From Synechococcus sp. (lineage in GTDB: Bacteria; Cyanobacteriota; Cyanobacteriia; Thermostichales; PCC-7336), in the NCBI GenBank assembly GCA_051439605.1, contig JBFRWN010000032.1, forward strand, positions 96,001 through 160,000: a stretch of 64,000 bases of DNA, written 5' to 3'. The notes beneath the pieces are model-generated. The model had not been told where the DNA came from and did not search any database. It saw only the letters and a program-made list of their open reading frames with translations. A program made the translations under genes and the position numbers. Positions within the stretch are counted from its first letter, which is position 1. Each line of letters opens with the position of its first letter. Positions 11,410-21,637 of this stretch are shown one piece after another.

Positions 11410-12291
11410 ATGACCACTGCTTGGGTATTTCCGGGACAAGGCTCGCAGGCGGAAGGAATGGGGAGAACCCTGGTAGACCTGCCAGGAGCATCCGAAAAAC
11501 TAGCACAAGCTGAAGAGATTTTGGGGTGGTCGCTGCTGGATATAACTGCCGAAGATCTCAAGCAAACCACTTGCACCCAACCGGCCCTCTACCTGGTCGG
11601 GGCCCTCCTATCTGATGCTCTCAAGGCAAACCACCAGCCCGATGCAGTAGCGGGACACAGCTTGGGGGAATATAGTGCTCTGTATTGCGCGGGTGTTTTT
11701 GACTTCAAAACAGGGGTCGAGCTGGTGAAGCAACGCTCGAAATTGATGGCTACCGCAGAAGCGGGCACCATGGCCGCTGTCATGGGCTTCGATCGCCCTC
11801 AACTTGAGCAACTATGTCAGCAAACCCCCGATGTCGTAATCGCCAACGACAACAGCGACGACCAAGTGGTGCTTTCGGGAAGCAAAGCCGCCATTGAAAG
11901 CGCGATCGCTGCAGCCAGACCCAAGCGCAGCATCTTCTTGCCCGTTGCCGGTGCGTTCCACTCCCCCTTCATGGCCGACGCTGCCGAGAAATTTGCCTCT
12001 GTTCTGGAACAAGTCATCTTTAATTCTGCCAGTATCCCCGTCTACAGCAACGTCACAGCTAGCCCTACCCAAGACCCAGCAAAGCTAAAAGAGAATCTCT
12101 GCAACCAAGTCACGGGCTCTGTTCGCTGGCGAGAAACTGTCAACGCTATGAGCGCCAGTGGCATAGACACCATTTGGGAGGTGGGACCGGGGAAAGTGCT
12201 AACGGGCTTGGTCCGCCGCATCGATCGCTCCCTGACCCGCGTCAATATCTCAGATGCTGCCTCCATCACCAAGTTGAATGTCGGAGAGTAG
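11410..12291 (+). CDS. fabD: Malonyl-CoA:ACP transacylase
   Basis: FPGQGSQ, GHSLGEYSAL, AFHS and EVGPGKVL motifs. Confidence 0.97.
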   Translation: MTTAWVFPGQGSQAEGMGRTLVDLPGASEKLAQAEEILGWSLLDITAEDLKQTTCTQPALYLVGALLSDALKANHQPDAVAGHSLGEYSALYCAGVFDFKTGVELVKQRSKLMATAEAGTMAAVMGFDRPQLEQLCQQTPDVVIANDNSDDQVVLSGSKAAIESAIAAARPKRSIFLPVAGAFHSPFMADAAEKFASVLEQVIFNSASIPVYSNVTASPTQDPAKLKENLCNQVTGSVRWRETVNAMSASGIDTIWEVGPGKVLTGLVRRIDRSLTRVNISDAASITKLNVGE

Positions 12292-12468
12292 GGAAAACCC
12301 TCCGTTCCCCCTCACCTACGATCGTTCTGAGTGGTTCTACTTAACGTTTCGTAAAACTGTACTATGGGAAAGACTTCCCTTGAGGGGATATCAAGGTCCA
12401 GAGCTGGTACTGAGCGGCTGAACTGGGGTTACTCTCCTTAGCTGAAGGTTGCGCTTGAGGAATGTGCA

Positions 12469-12990
12469 ATGCCAAACTTGGTTGACGATTTATTTCCGGA
12501 ACCCGAATCATTGCATCCGGTGCCGGAAGAACAACAACCCATCCGCGAGTACGAGGCACTGAGGGACTCTGGATTATTCCGGTGGGCAACCCTAGATTCC
12601 ACCGTCTATTTCCGCCGATTGGGGTGGGTGGGGTTTTGGGCCGCACTGATCGCTTTTCCCATTGCTGCATCTTGCTTTCCCACCGATAGCCAGCTGGGGC
12701 ACACTATCCTCTCCATATTTGAATTCAGCTTATTTTGCGTGGCATTAGCCACCGTGCGTCAGGTACTAGGCTGGTCTTATGTTCAGCGGCGCCTCTCCCA
12801 AGCCGCCATCGTCTACGAAGAGAGCGGTTGGTATGATGGCCAGATTTGGGAAAAACCTGATGATGAATTAGCCAAGGATCGTCTGGTGGTGGACTATCAG
12901 GTGAAGCCAGTTATGGCCAGGCTTTACCGCACGTTTGCGGCGATCGCCGTCATTGCTGTCTGCGGGGCATTACTCTGGCCATTTGTTTAG
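12469..12990 (+). CDS. ycf36: CGLD27/Ycf36 (DUF1230) membrane protein
   Basis: PVPEEQQPIREYEAL, GWSYVQRRL and YEESGWYDGQIWEKP motifs. Confidence 0.9.
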   Translation: MPNLVDDLFPEPESLHPVPEEQQPIREYEALRDSGLFRWATLDSTVYFRRLGWVGFWAALIAFPIAASCFPTDSQLGHTILSIFEFSLFCVALATVRQVLGWSYVQRRLSQAAIVYEESGWYDGQIWEKPDDELAKDRLVVDYQVKPVMARLYRTFAAIAVIAVCGALLWPFV

Positions 12991-13054
12991 CGTTTGGCCT
13001 CTAGCTTCTTATTTCACGTTGACATGAACTCCCCGCATTAAAGGATTTTGCCTA

Positions 13055-13984
13055 GTGCATGTGGTTCGAACTCTAGCTGAAGTCCGCTGTCCGGCTGCCG
13101 TTGCGCTGGGAAACTTTGACGGTGTGCATCGGGGGCACCAACAGGTGATTGCCCCCGTTGTGGCTAGTCATCGCGGCATTAGCACCATTCTCACCTTTGA
13201 CCCTCATCCCCGCGAGATCCTGACGGGTCAGACACTGGCCACCCTCACCCCCCTGCCCGAGCGCCTGCAGCTGTTTGAAGCGTACGGTGTTCAGCAGGTG
13301 GTCATGCTGCCCTTCACCCCAAAATTTGCTATCCAATCTCCAGTGGACTTTATCGAGACTGTATTAGTCGCGGGGCTCAGGAGTTGTGCCGTCAGCATCG
13401 GCGGAGACTTCTGCTTTGGTCATCATCGTTCGGGGACAGCCAAGACATTGCAGGAGTGGGGTAAGCGGGTTGGAGTGCCAGTTAATGCCGTCAATGCCGT
13501 GGAGTTTAACGGACAGCGGGTAAGTAGTTCCCGTATTCGTGAGGCATTAGCCGAGGGAGATGTCGAACTGGCCAAAGCCTTACTCGGTCGAGCCTATCGC
13601 TTGGTCGGAAAAGTCGTGAAGGGGGATCGACGGGGCCGACTGTTGGGGTTCCCAACAGCCAATATCGAGGTGGCTGACAGTAAGGTTCTTCCCCGCTTCG
13701 GTGTCTATTGTGGCTGGGCTTGTTGGAGCGATCGCGGTCAGGAGTTCCGACAAGCTGCAGTCTTAAATGTCGGGATGCGCCCCACGTTTGATGGGCAGCG
13801 GCGGTCGGTGGAGGTGCATTTACTCGATTGGACTGGAGATTTATACGGTCAAACCTTGACAGTGGAGTTGCATCACTTTTTGCGACCCGAAATCAAATTC
13901 GACTCCGTCGATCGCCTCCAGAAACAGCTTGCCCTGGACTGCCAGCAAGCCCGCGAGGAATTGCTGGGAGCCATGACCCTCTAG
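13055..13984 (+). CDS. ribF: Bifunctional riboflavin kinase / FAD synthetase
   Basis: ALGNFDGVHRGH, VSSSRIR, GFPTAN and EVHLLD motifs. Confidence 0.97.
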   Translation: MHVVRTLAEVRCPAAVALGNFDGVHRGHQQVIAPVVASHRGISTILTFDPHPREILTGQTLATLTPLPERLQLFEAYGVQQVVMLPFTPKFAIQSPVDFIETVLVAGLRSCAVSIGGDFCFGHHRSGTAKTLQEWGKRVGVPVNAVNAVEFNGQRVSSSRIREALAEGDVELAKALLGRAYRLVGKVVKGDRRGRLLGFPTANIEVADSKVLPRFGVYCGWACWSDRGQEFRQAAVLNVGMRPTFDGQRRSVEVHLLDWTGDLYGQTLTVELHHFLRPEIKFDSVDRLQKQLALDCQQAREELLGAMTL

Positions 13985-14160
13985 CTAGTAACCTTCTGTG
14001 GATCGGGGTAGGGGGCAAAGTGCAGCGGTTTTCCGCGCACAGTGTCATCAATTTCTCCATCCCGCGCAGTCAACATTAGAGGGAGAGAGGTTTCGACTCC
14101 AGGCACCCCTGATGGGGAATGGGGGTAGGGTTTTGACTTCTCCTCCAGGGTATGGGGGGC
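13981..14160 (-). pseudogene. pyrC: Dihydroorotase remnant (5' part lost, internal deletion)
   Basis: APHTLEEKSKPYPHSPSGVPGVETSLPLMLT joined directly to a C-terminal-like RDGEIDDTVRGKPLHF; no start codon or N-terminal metal-binding region. Confidence 0.75.
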
Positions 14161-14192
14161 GCGAGAAGAACTATGCAAACAATTGCGGGGGG

Positions 14193-14957
14193 TCAGGGTA
14201 AGGGCACTCCAGAAACCCGCAACCACATTTTCTGGCTGGGGTAATCAGGCAGACTAATGGAAACACTGCTGGAGCCCTGCAAGAAGATTTCTGGGATTCG
14301 GACTACACCACTGTAAACAGGGCTGTAAGGTGGTAATTCCCCAGGCAAACCCGAGGCGCTGCCACTGAGAACACGACCGTTGTTATCTCGTATATCCATA
14401 AAACTGTACAGAAAACGCACGGTTTGTCCGCTATTGTTCTGCATCGTCACATTCAGCACGACCGATCCCCCTTGGCGGCTAGCAGACAATACATTCATGA
14501 CGACACTGCCCGCTGGGGGCACCGCTTGAACGGGAGGTGGTGTTGGCTGGGTAGGTGGAGGCAGGGTTGGGGTTGAAATGGGTGCTGGAGTGGAATCTGA
14601 GTTTGGGGAGGGGGAGGGGGCTGGGGTGGGAGTGGGGGCTACAGGTATAGATGCCGAATTAGGATTACTGCTCACTAACAAGCGATTGGGAGGGGCGAGC
14701 TTCGGAACCGTTTCGCCCACACTATCGACTTCCAAGATTAAGGGGATGGTGCCTCTAGCATTAGGATTTCGAGGCTTTCCATCGGGGTTGCCGGTCTCAA
14801 ATAGCGGGGTTACTCCCTCCAGAGCCTGTTCTCCAAAACCATATCCAAACACAAAGGCGATCGCGCCGACAATCACTGTCACGATGACGGCACCCAGCCC
14901 TGTAAATATCAAAATTGAATAGTTGCGGGCCTTGGGCACAGCAATAACCCTCCTCAA
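14193..14957 (-). CDS. Hypothetical membrane-anchored protein with Pro-rich linker and beta-rich C-terminal domain
   Basis: 254 aa; TM helix near the N-terminus; PTPTPAPSPSP linker. Confidence 0.75.
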   Translation of the reverse strand: MRRVIAVPKARNYSILIFTGLGAVIVTVIVGAIAFVFGYGFGEQALEGVTPLFETGNPDGKPRNPNARGTIPLILEVDSVGETVPKLAPPNRLLVSSNPNSASIPVAPTPTPAPSPSPNSDSTPAPISTPTLPPPTQPTPPPVQAVPPAGSVVMNVLSASRQGGSVVLNVTMQNNSGQTVRFLYSFMDIRDNNGRVLSGSASGLPGELPPYSPVYSGVVRIPEIFLQGSSSVSISLPDYPSQKMWLRVSGVPLP

Positions 14958-15402
14958 ACCTCAACCAAGTCCCACTTGGCTTTGCCCACAATATCTCATG
15001 TCGAGGTTATTGGGAGGGGCAAATTTGCACTGTTAACCGCCATAACAAACGCTGACAAACATTAGATCCCATGGGTGCCCCAAAGTTTAGGCGCGGTTTT
15101 ATAGTCAAACCTAAATTCCATGGGAAGGAACTCTTGCGCTGAAGATCTAGATGCGATCTCCAAAAGCTGTAAGTCTTGAAACTCTTTGCATGAGAGTTAA
15201 ACCTCACCCCAAATGAAATCCGTAGTTCTTATTCGTTGCGTAAAAACACCAAGCTACAATTTTGACGCGAGTTAGCATTCCCAAAGAGCTTGTTTTATCA
15301 ACCCTAATTGTTGTAATCTGAGCCGAAGTGTGAAGATTCGTTGTGAATCGTCACATTGATTTGGTGTGTATGTCCTAGCCTAACAAGCTCGGAGGCTAAC
15401 TA

Positions 15403-17067
15403 TTGGGACGAGGCGATCGGCCAGCGCAAGAGACTTTCAAGCAAAGCTCTTCAAGGCTTGAGGGATTAAGCCGCAATTTAACCCGAACTTGGGGAGGCGC
15501 AGGTCGCCTACCCAAAGGTTTATTGCAATCTCCTTTCCCCAAGTCCAGCCGCAAGTCTTCACACTTGCACAATATGGATGCAAGCCACGATTCCGTCTTT
15601 GGTGGAAAGAAAAAAGGGGGCTCGCGAAATTCCCTGATAAGCAGTTATAGAGGTCGCGATCGCCCCTCTTTGACCGCCCAAGCCTCTTCCACCCGTTTGC
15701 GGAGGTTTGTCACCGTAGCTACCGCCGAATACGGGGTTACGAAATTAGTCCTTCATTTCATTAAACGTAGGCCCCGTCTCAGCACTGGCCTTACTCTGTG
15801 GGTAGGCATGGCTGTAATGGTTCTACTTCGTAGCCAACAGCATCCTTTTCCGTTAGAGTTTCCCCCTGAAGAAGCTCTGACAGCATCAGACAATACCATT
15901 CAGGGTGTTCTGCAGCAGAATTACGATCGCAAACTTGATTTGGCAAATCAAGCGCTGGTGGACAACGAGCTTGTGCCGGCAGCACCCAATTTTGGAATTA
16001 TTAGTCACGAGGTGAACGAGGGGGAAACCCTCTGGCATCTGACTAAGATGTATCAGCTTGATGCAGCGGCGATCGCCACATCCAATGGAATTAATGCCCG
16101 TACGGATCTAGAACCCGGTCAGATCCTCTATATCCCTCGGATCGAAGGCTTAGTTTACACCGTCGATGAAGGCGACACATTAGCCAGCATTGCCGCGAAT
16201 TATCAAGTTAGCCAGGCGGATATTGTTTCCGCCACTCCTCTCGATGATGGCAGTAACTTAGACACTGGACAGCGGGTGTTGATTCCCGGAAAGGTGGAAG
16301 AAATATTAGCAGTGCGTCGCAAGCGTTTGGATGCGATTGCTGCGGGTGTAGACGAACGACCTACGGATTTGGCCTATACCGTTTCTGATGGGGACACTCT
16401 GCCTGCAATTTCCCAGCAGTTTGATACCTCTGTGCGGGCTTTAATGAATGCCAATCCGGATGTCCGTTCAACTCGCCTGCAATCTGGCCAGCAGCTCTCT
16501 ATTCCTAAAAGGCCTGCCCAAACCTATCAAGTGCAGTTGGGGGACACGCTTGAGAGCCTTGCCCAGCGGCACGACATGACTGTGAATGGTTTATTGCGGG
16601 CTAACCCCACCATTCGAGCCAATCAGTTACAGGTGGGTCAGACCATCAAGATACCGGCATCCAATTCCATCGTGGCAGCTTCGCCGCCTATCATCAGCAG
16701 CAGTGGGTTCCATTGGCCGGTGGCAGGACGAGTGAACTCTGGGTATGGCTGGCGTTGGGGGAGGATGCATAATGGTGTTGATATCCCTGGTGCCTACGGT
16801 TCTCCAATTGTTGCAGCACGCGCGGGCACAGTGATTTCTGCCGGGTGGAACGGAGGATATGGCAACGCAGTAAAAATTCAACATCCTAACGGCCTAGTGA
16901 CCTTTTATGCCCATGGGACAGCCGTATACGTCAGACCCGGTCAAACGGTAGAACGAGGACAGGCAATCATGACTCGGGGAAGTACCGGTTTGAGCACCGG
17001 TCCACACCTGCATTTTGAGGTGCACGTGGACGGTGTCCCCGTAAACCCGATGATCTATTTGCGATAG
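15403..17067 (+). CDS. LysM-repeat M23 family peptidoglycan endopeptidase
   Basis: Four LysM repeats (e.g. YTVDEGDTL, YQVQLGDTL); HNGVD and HLHFEV M23 motifs; GGAGG RBS before TTG. Confidence 0.93.
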   Translation: MGRGDRPAQETFKQSSSRLEGLSRNLTRTWGGAGRLPKGLLQSPFPKSSRKSSHLHNMDASHDSVFGGKKKGGSRNSLISSYRGRDRPSLTAQASSTRLRRFVTVATAEYGVTKLVLHFIKRRPRLSTGLTLWVGMAVMVLLRSQQHPFPLEFPPEEALTASDNTIQGVLQQNYDRKLDLANQALVDNELVPAAPNFGIISHEVNEGETLWHLTKMYQLDAAAIATSNGINARTDLEPGQILYIPRIEGLVYTVDEGDTLASIAANYQVSQADIVSATPLDDGSNLDTGQRVLIPGKVEEILAVRRKRLDAIAAGVDERPTDLAYTVSDGDTLPAISQQFDTSVRALMNANPDVRSTRLQSGQQLSIPKRPAQTYQVQLGDTLESLAQRHDMTVNGLLRANPTIRANQLQVGQTIKIPASNSIVAASPPIISSSGFHWPVAGRVNSGYGWRWGRMHNGVDIPGAYGSPIVAARAGTVISAGWNGGYGNAVKIQHPNGLVTFYAHGTAVYVRPGQTVERGQAIMTRGSTGLSTGPHLHFEVHVDGVPVNPMIYLR

Positions 17068-17267
17068 CCATCTCCATCGCGCGCTTTCGAGTATAAAGAC
17101 CGTGAATCGCATGAGACTTGACAGCCGTTCATACCCCTTACGGGACGTAGAGCTTTCAATGTAACAATCGTTAAGCCGTCGATTCTTGGTCAGAAACGGC
17201 AGCAGTTCTTGTCCCTGATTGAGCAAGTAGGCCAGGGCAAGATTCAAAAATCGCCCCTGTAAAGTCT

Positions 17268-17909
17268 TTAGCGTTTGCTAAGGCTACCTTCCATTGCCCA
17301 GCGAGCTAACTCGGTACGGTTGTGAAGTCCCGTTTTGCTAAGCATGTTACTAACGTGGCTTTCAATCGTCCGCTGACTAACACTCAGGGTGGCGGCAATC
17401 TCGCGGTTGGACATGCCTTTTGACACCAACTGGATCACGCGCGTCTCGGTGGGGGTCAGCTCTACCTCGCGATCGAGGGTCAAGGTGGGCTGTAACATAC
17501 CCCCCTGCATGTGGAGTAAGCGTTCTGTATGCTTGAGGGATGATTCCACCTGTGCAACCAATTCTTCAGGTTCAAAGGGTTTCACCATATAGACATCAGC
17601 CCCGGTGGTGAGTCCGCGTACGCGATCGGCGCTTTGCCCTTTGGCCGATAGAAACATAATTGGAATCCAACTAGTGTCGGACTCCTCGCGAACTTTCTCC
17701 ACGAAGCTATAGCCATCCATTTCCGGCATCATGACATCGCAGATGATCAAATCCGGACGGAAATCCTCCATAGCAGTGAGAGCTTCTTGGCCGTTACCGG
17801 CAGTAATAACTTCGTAACCACGAAACTCTAAGTAATCTTTAACCAGCAAAATCAGGTTTGGATCGTCATCAACTAACAATAATTTTTTGGGAACATCCAC
17901 GCCATTCAC
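17268..17909 (-). CDS. NarL/LuxR-family response regulator (Ycf29/Rre1-like)
   Basis: LLLVDDD receiver domain, ICDVMMPEMDG; C-terminal HTH SNREIA..RTIESHVSNML; start uncertain. Confidence 0.9.
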   Translation of the reverse strand: MNGVDVPKKLLLVDDDPNLILLVKDYLEFRGYEVITAGNGQEALTAMEDFRPDLIICDVMMPEMDGYSFVEKVREESDTSWIPIMFLSAKGQSADRVRGLTTGADVYMVKPFEPEELVAQVESSLKHTERLLHMQGGMLQPTLTLDREVELTPTETRVIQLVSKGMSNREIAATLSVSQRTIESHVSNMLSKTGLHNRTELARWAMEGSLSKR

Positions 17910-18584
17910 CCTAATGGTATTACAAGTCCAGTTCGTAGTTTTACGGTCACAAGCATCAATTGATAACAGAATACGCCGCAATCAAGTATCCTTAAGCACT
18001 TCGGAGTCTGTTTGGGAGTCTATTTGGCAATTTAACGCTTGCCTCATGCAATATTTCACCGTGAAATAGAGGAAAGCTTGTTCAAAAGGAAACATGCTCT
18101 CAACTTAAGACAGTCTGGTGCTTTCGCAGCAGCAATCTGTCGAAAGTAGGGAGATCGCACACCATTCATCTACACACCATCTGAGACACCGATCCTTTTC
18201 GATTTAAATCTACTCTAATTCTATACTTACTGCATACTGACTTTGGAGGTTTATCCGGGAAAGATAAGTTAACTTCCTATCTCAATCCACGAGTATATTC
18301 GGAGATTGTGCTCAATAAGAACCGTGTAAATGCGGTTTTAGTTCTTCTTCTCAAGCAGGTAAATCATTATCTCCGGCTCTTATATATTTGCAAAGGATCG
18401 TTGTTTCTTGTTCGAATTCACTTCCAATCCATTCACTGTGGAGGTCTCTTTCATCTTTCATGCATCTTCTAGATTGTTGTAGCTGCAGGGTTCCGGTGGT
18501 CGCTGTTATCTGTCCCGAAGCTGTAGGAGGAGACGCATTCAGTAAATGGATCGATAAGAGGGGCTGAATGCTTGGAGGGGGCGG

Positions 18585-19148
18585 ATGTTGGGGCTGATGG
18601 ATCGACAGATAGTGACCGCAATCCTGCTTGCTGCGTCTCTCCTGCAAGGGGGAGCAGCTCATTCAGGAGAGTATGTTGTCAATTGGGAACCGCGCTATTC
18701 ATCTGCAGGGCAATTGTTCGCAGGGGAGTGGCAGGCCGACGAGGCGCAAGTTCTCCTAACAGAATCCTTTATACAACTGCAACAGCATCTGGAGAGGAAA
18801 GGGTTTGAAGTGCGCCTGCAGCGGCCACCCTTGAATGGAGCCTATGGTTTGTTAGAAGCTAGTTCAAGGACCATTTGGATTCATCCCGTTGTATTTGATT
18901 TAGGCATCGCCCAACCGGTCCTCGTCCACGAGGCGGTGCATGCAGCCCAGGTTTGCGCGGGTAACGGAACTGTGGCGGCGTTAAATCTTGGTCTAGATCC
19001 CCCCAATAACACCCGCCCATTTTTTCTCAGGTATCACAGCTATCGTCGTCAAATTGAATCTGAGGCCTATGCCATTCAGGTGCTGCCCGATAGGTACGAA
19101 CGAGTCTTGGGGCTGTTGGAGCAACATTGTGGTGCTGAGCTTCCATAA
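18585..19148 (+). CDS. Hypothetical exported protein with HExxH zinc-peptidase-like motif
   Basis: Signal peptide; VLVHEAVHAAQ plus downstream ESEAY. Confidence 0.7.
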   Translation: MLGLMDRQIVTAILLAASLLQGGAAHSGEYVVNWEPRYSSAGQLFAGEWQADEAQVLLTESFIQLQQHLERKGFEVRLQRPPLNGAYGLLEASSRTIWIHPVVFDLGIAQPVLVHEAVHAAQVCAGNGTVAALNLGLDPPNNTRPFFLRYHSYRRQIESEAYAIQVLPDRYERVLGLLEQHCGAELP

Positions 19149-19312
19149 CCTTGGGTCAGAACAATAACCGACTGGATGGGAGGGGCCATCGCTCGAAGTT
19201 TGTCTCGAGATGACAGCCAAGGGGGAGGGAATGTTTCAAACCGGCTAGCTGTCCCAGCCGTCGGATAATTTGTACAGATAAGTCCAATTCAGACTGCAGT
19301 TAGAGATATCGA

Positions 19313-20479
19313 ATGCTGGTAGTTGTCCAGGGATTATTGTTAGTGGCGATCGCCGCTTCTATGGCGTTTTACTGCTTTTGCGCCTATTGCACCTTAGTGT
19401 TTAAGCCGGCAAGGCTGAAGCTGGATCGGAGGCTGGCGAATTCTCCGGAAACACTGCCCTCTCCGCCAGACCCCGTCTCCATCCTGATCCCGGTGAGGGG
19501 TTTAGATCCTGGGGCTTTGGCCAATTGGCGCTCCTTTTGTCAGCAAATCTATGGGGAATACGAGGTGCTGTTTGGAGTGATGGATAGCACCGATCCGGCT
19601 ATCCCCATTTTGAAAACGTTAAGGGCTGAGTTTCCCGAGCGGGTGCGGCTACTGACCGATTTGACTCCACGCGGTATCAACTATCAGATCAGCAACTTAA
19701 CTTACCTCTACGAAGCGGCTCGCCACAAGACGATTATCTTGGCGGATAGTGACATTCGAGTGGGGCCAAATTATCTGAAGACTGTCACCGCTCCATTACA
19801 AATGGAAGGAGTGGGTTTAGTCACCTGCCCCTACGTAGAACGGCGACCCCGCTATGCTGGTGCAGCCATTCACGCCCTCAACCGCTGCACGGAATTTATC
19901 CCCAGTTTATTAATTGCTCGTCTGCTGGATGGGGGATTGCGCTGTGCTTTGGGGCCAACGATTGTGACACGAAAGTCAGTGATGGATTCTTTTGGGGGGT
20001 TGAATTACGTCCTCAACCGCATTGGGTCTGATTTTCACATCGGTAAGATGACGGCCAATTCAGGATATCGTGTGGAACTGTGCGGATATGTCTTAGATAA
20101 CGAGGGAGATGAGTACCTGAGTCAGGTATTCAAGCGGGAGTTGCGCTGGGCCCGCACGATCCGCATTAATCGGGGAGGAGAGTACTACGGCATGGTGTTT
20201 ACCTTCGGCACCGTCTACGCTCTGCTGCTGATGCTGTTGTCCGGCTTCGCTTACTGGAGTATTGCGGTGTTTTTCGCCACTTGGGGGATGAGGTTGCTGC
20301 AGGCTGCAATCGCCATCGTGCAGCTGGAACGGCCAGGATTATTCCGCTGGATATGGCTATTGCCTTTTCGGGACGCCATGAGTTTTGTCATTTGGGTGGG
20401 GGGATCTTTTGGCAGTCGAGTCTATTGGCGTGGCCGCTGGCTTAAGATTGGTCAAGAGGGATTGCTCAAAGAAGGGTAG
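19313..20479 (+). CDS. hpnI: GT2/GT21 glycosyltransferase, HpnI / ceramide glucosyltransferase-like
   Basis: VSILIPVRG, ADSDIRV and RELRWARTIR motifs; N- and C-terminal TM helices. Confidence 0.8.
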   Translation: MLVVVQGLLLVAIAASMAFYCFCAYCTLVFKPARLKLDRRLANSPETLPSPPDPVSILIPVRGLDPGALANWRSFCQQIYGEYEVLFGVMDSTDPAIPILKTLRAEFPERVRLLTDLTPRGINYQISNLTYLYEAARHKTIILADSDIRVGPNYLKTVTAPLQMEGVGLVTCPYVERRPRYAGAAIHALNRCTEFIPSLLIARLLDGGLRCALGPTIVTRKSVMDSFGGLNYVLNRIGSDFHIGKMTANSGYRVELCGYVLDNEGDEYLSQVFKRELRWARTIRINRGGEYYGMVFTFGTVYALLLMLLSGFAYWSIAVFFATWGMRLLQAAIAIVQLERPGLFRWIWLLPFRDAMSFVIWVGGSFGSRVYWRGRWLKIGQEGLLKEG

Positions 20480-20701
20480 TCCACACAGAAGTAACATTCG
20501 CCTCAACAACACCCCTAACAACACTATGTTGAGCAAACAAAATTTCCCTCTTACCCCATATCCCACCTGGGAGAAATGGCAAGATGAGGGCTATTCTGAC
20601 CAGCGAAGCTTAACACTGGTGGGAGTTTAATGGTAGCTAGACAACTGCTCGGGTAGTCTAAACACAGCCAAACAGTATGGCGCAATGAGGAAGCAATTCG
20701 G

Positions 20702-21421
20702 ATGAGCGATGACGGTCTAGATAAGGTAGCAGCAACGCTAAGGGCGTTGAGCTTGCCAGACAATCGCACGGGCCTAGAGGGAACTACCAAGGCCCACTTG
20801 GATTTTTTGTTGCTTTCCCTAGAAACGTTAAGCGACGAAGGTTCGGAGGTCATGCTCGCGGCGGCGGCGGCTCTGGGGTTAGAGTCCACCATCGGCGATC
20901 GCATCACCCTATGGCGGCTCAGGAATGCCAATCCCTTGCGCCAAAGCAGGGGGGGTCGAAAGAAGATCGATGTGGACGAAGTGCGAGCCCTGGTGATGGT
21001 CACTTGCTATCTGGCCCGTCAACATCATTCACATATCCGCACGGTCATCACTCGGTTGGAGGAATGCTTTGCTCAAGAGGTTTCTCCCCTAAAAGAGCCT
21101 TTAGTTGCCGACTATTTAGACGCCTTTCACACGACCTATCGCGAGCGAATGGTGGATGGAGATCGCAAGCCCCAACGGGACATTAGCGAGCTTGCCCTCA
21201 GCCTGCTCGTAGAGCTTTTGTTCTACGGCAGCCAGTTTGGCCCCATGCGCCTGTGGAATTCGCTGGTCACGCGCCCGAAAATGCAGTTGCCCCCCCAAGA
21301 CGAGGGTAAGCCTCCGGAATCTGTAGACCCTGAAGCCGATCGGTCAGGAATCAGCCCGCCAGAGGTCGTATCAGAATTGGCCGCCAGTAGCGAACTCCCC
21401 ATACAGCGATCAGATGGCTAA
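20702..21421 (+). CDS. DUF3038 family protein
   Basis: LDFLLLSLETL, LWRLRNANPLR and LLFYGS..GPMRLW motifs. Confidence 0.85.
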   Translation: MSDDGLDKVAATLRALSLPDNRTGLEGTTKAHLDFLLLSLETLSDEGSEVMLAAAAALGLESTIGDRITLWRLRNANPLRQSRGGRKKIDVDEVRALVMVTCYLARQHHSHIRTVITRLEECFAQEVSPLKEPLVADYLDAFHTTYRERMVDGDRKPQRDISELALSLLVELLFYGSQFGPMRLWNSLVTRPKMQLPPQDEGKPPESVDPEADRSGISPPEVVSELAASSELPIQRSDG

Positions 21422-21637
21422 TATTGCGATCGCGTCGAAGAGTCCCAGAATACTATTTGTTGCTGAAAGCGGTTCGTTTCAGAAAATGGAATCGACGGCA
21501 CTTTGCTCGCCATTCCCCCCACGATTAACCGTAGGACCTTTGCTCTAGAGATTCCTGCGATCTCGCGAATTCCGATATCGAGTCAAGTTCGACCCAAACC
21601 ATCAGTATTAGAGCCTCTAGCCAGACCCAAACCTGTC

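Noticed and set aside
15340..15356. CRP-like site TGTGA..TCACA upstream of the LysM/M23 gene
   Set aside because: Spacer is 4 nt rather than the 6 nt required
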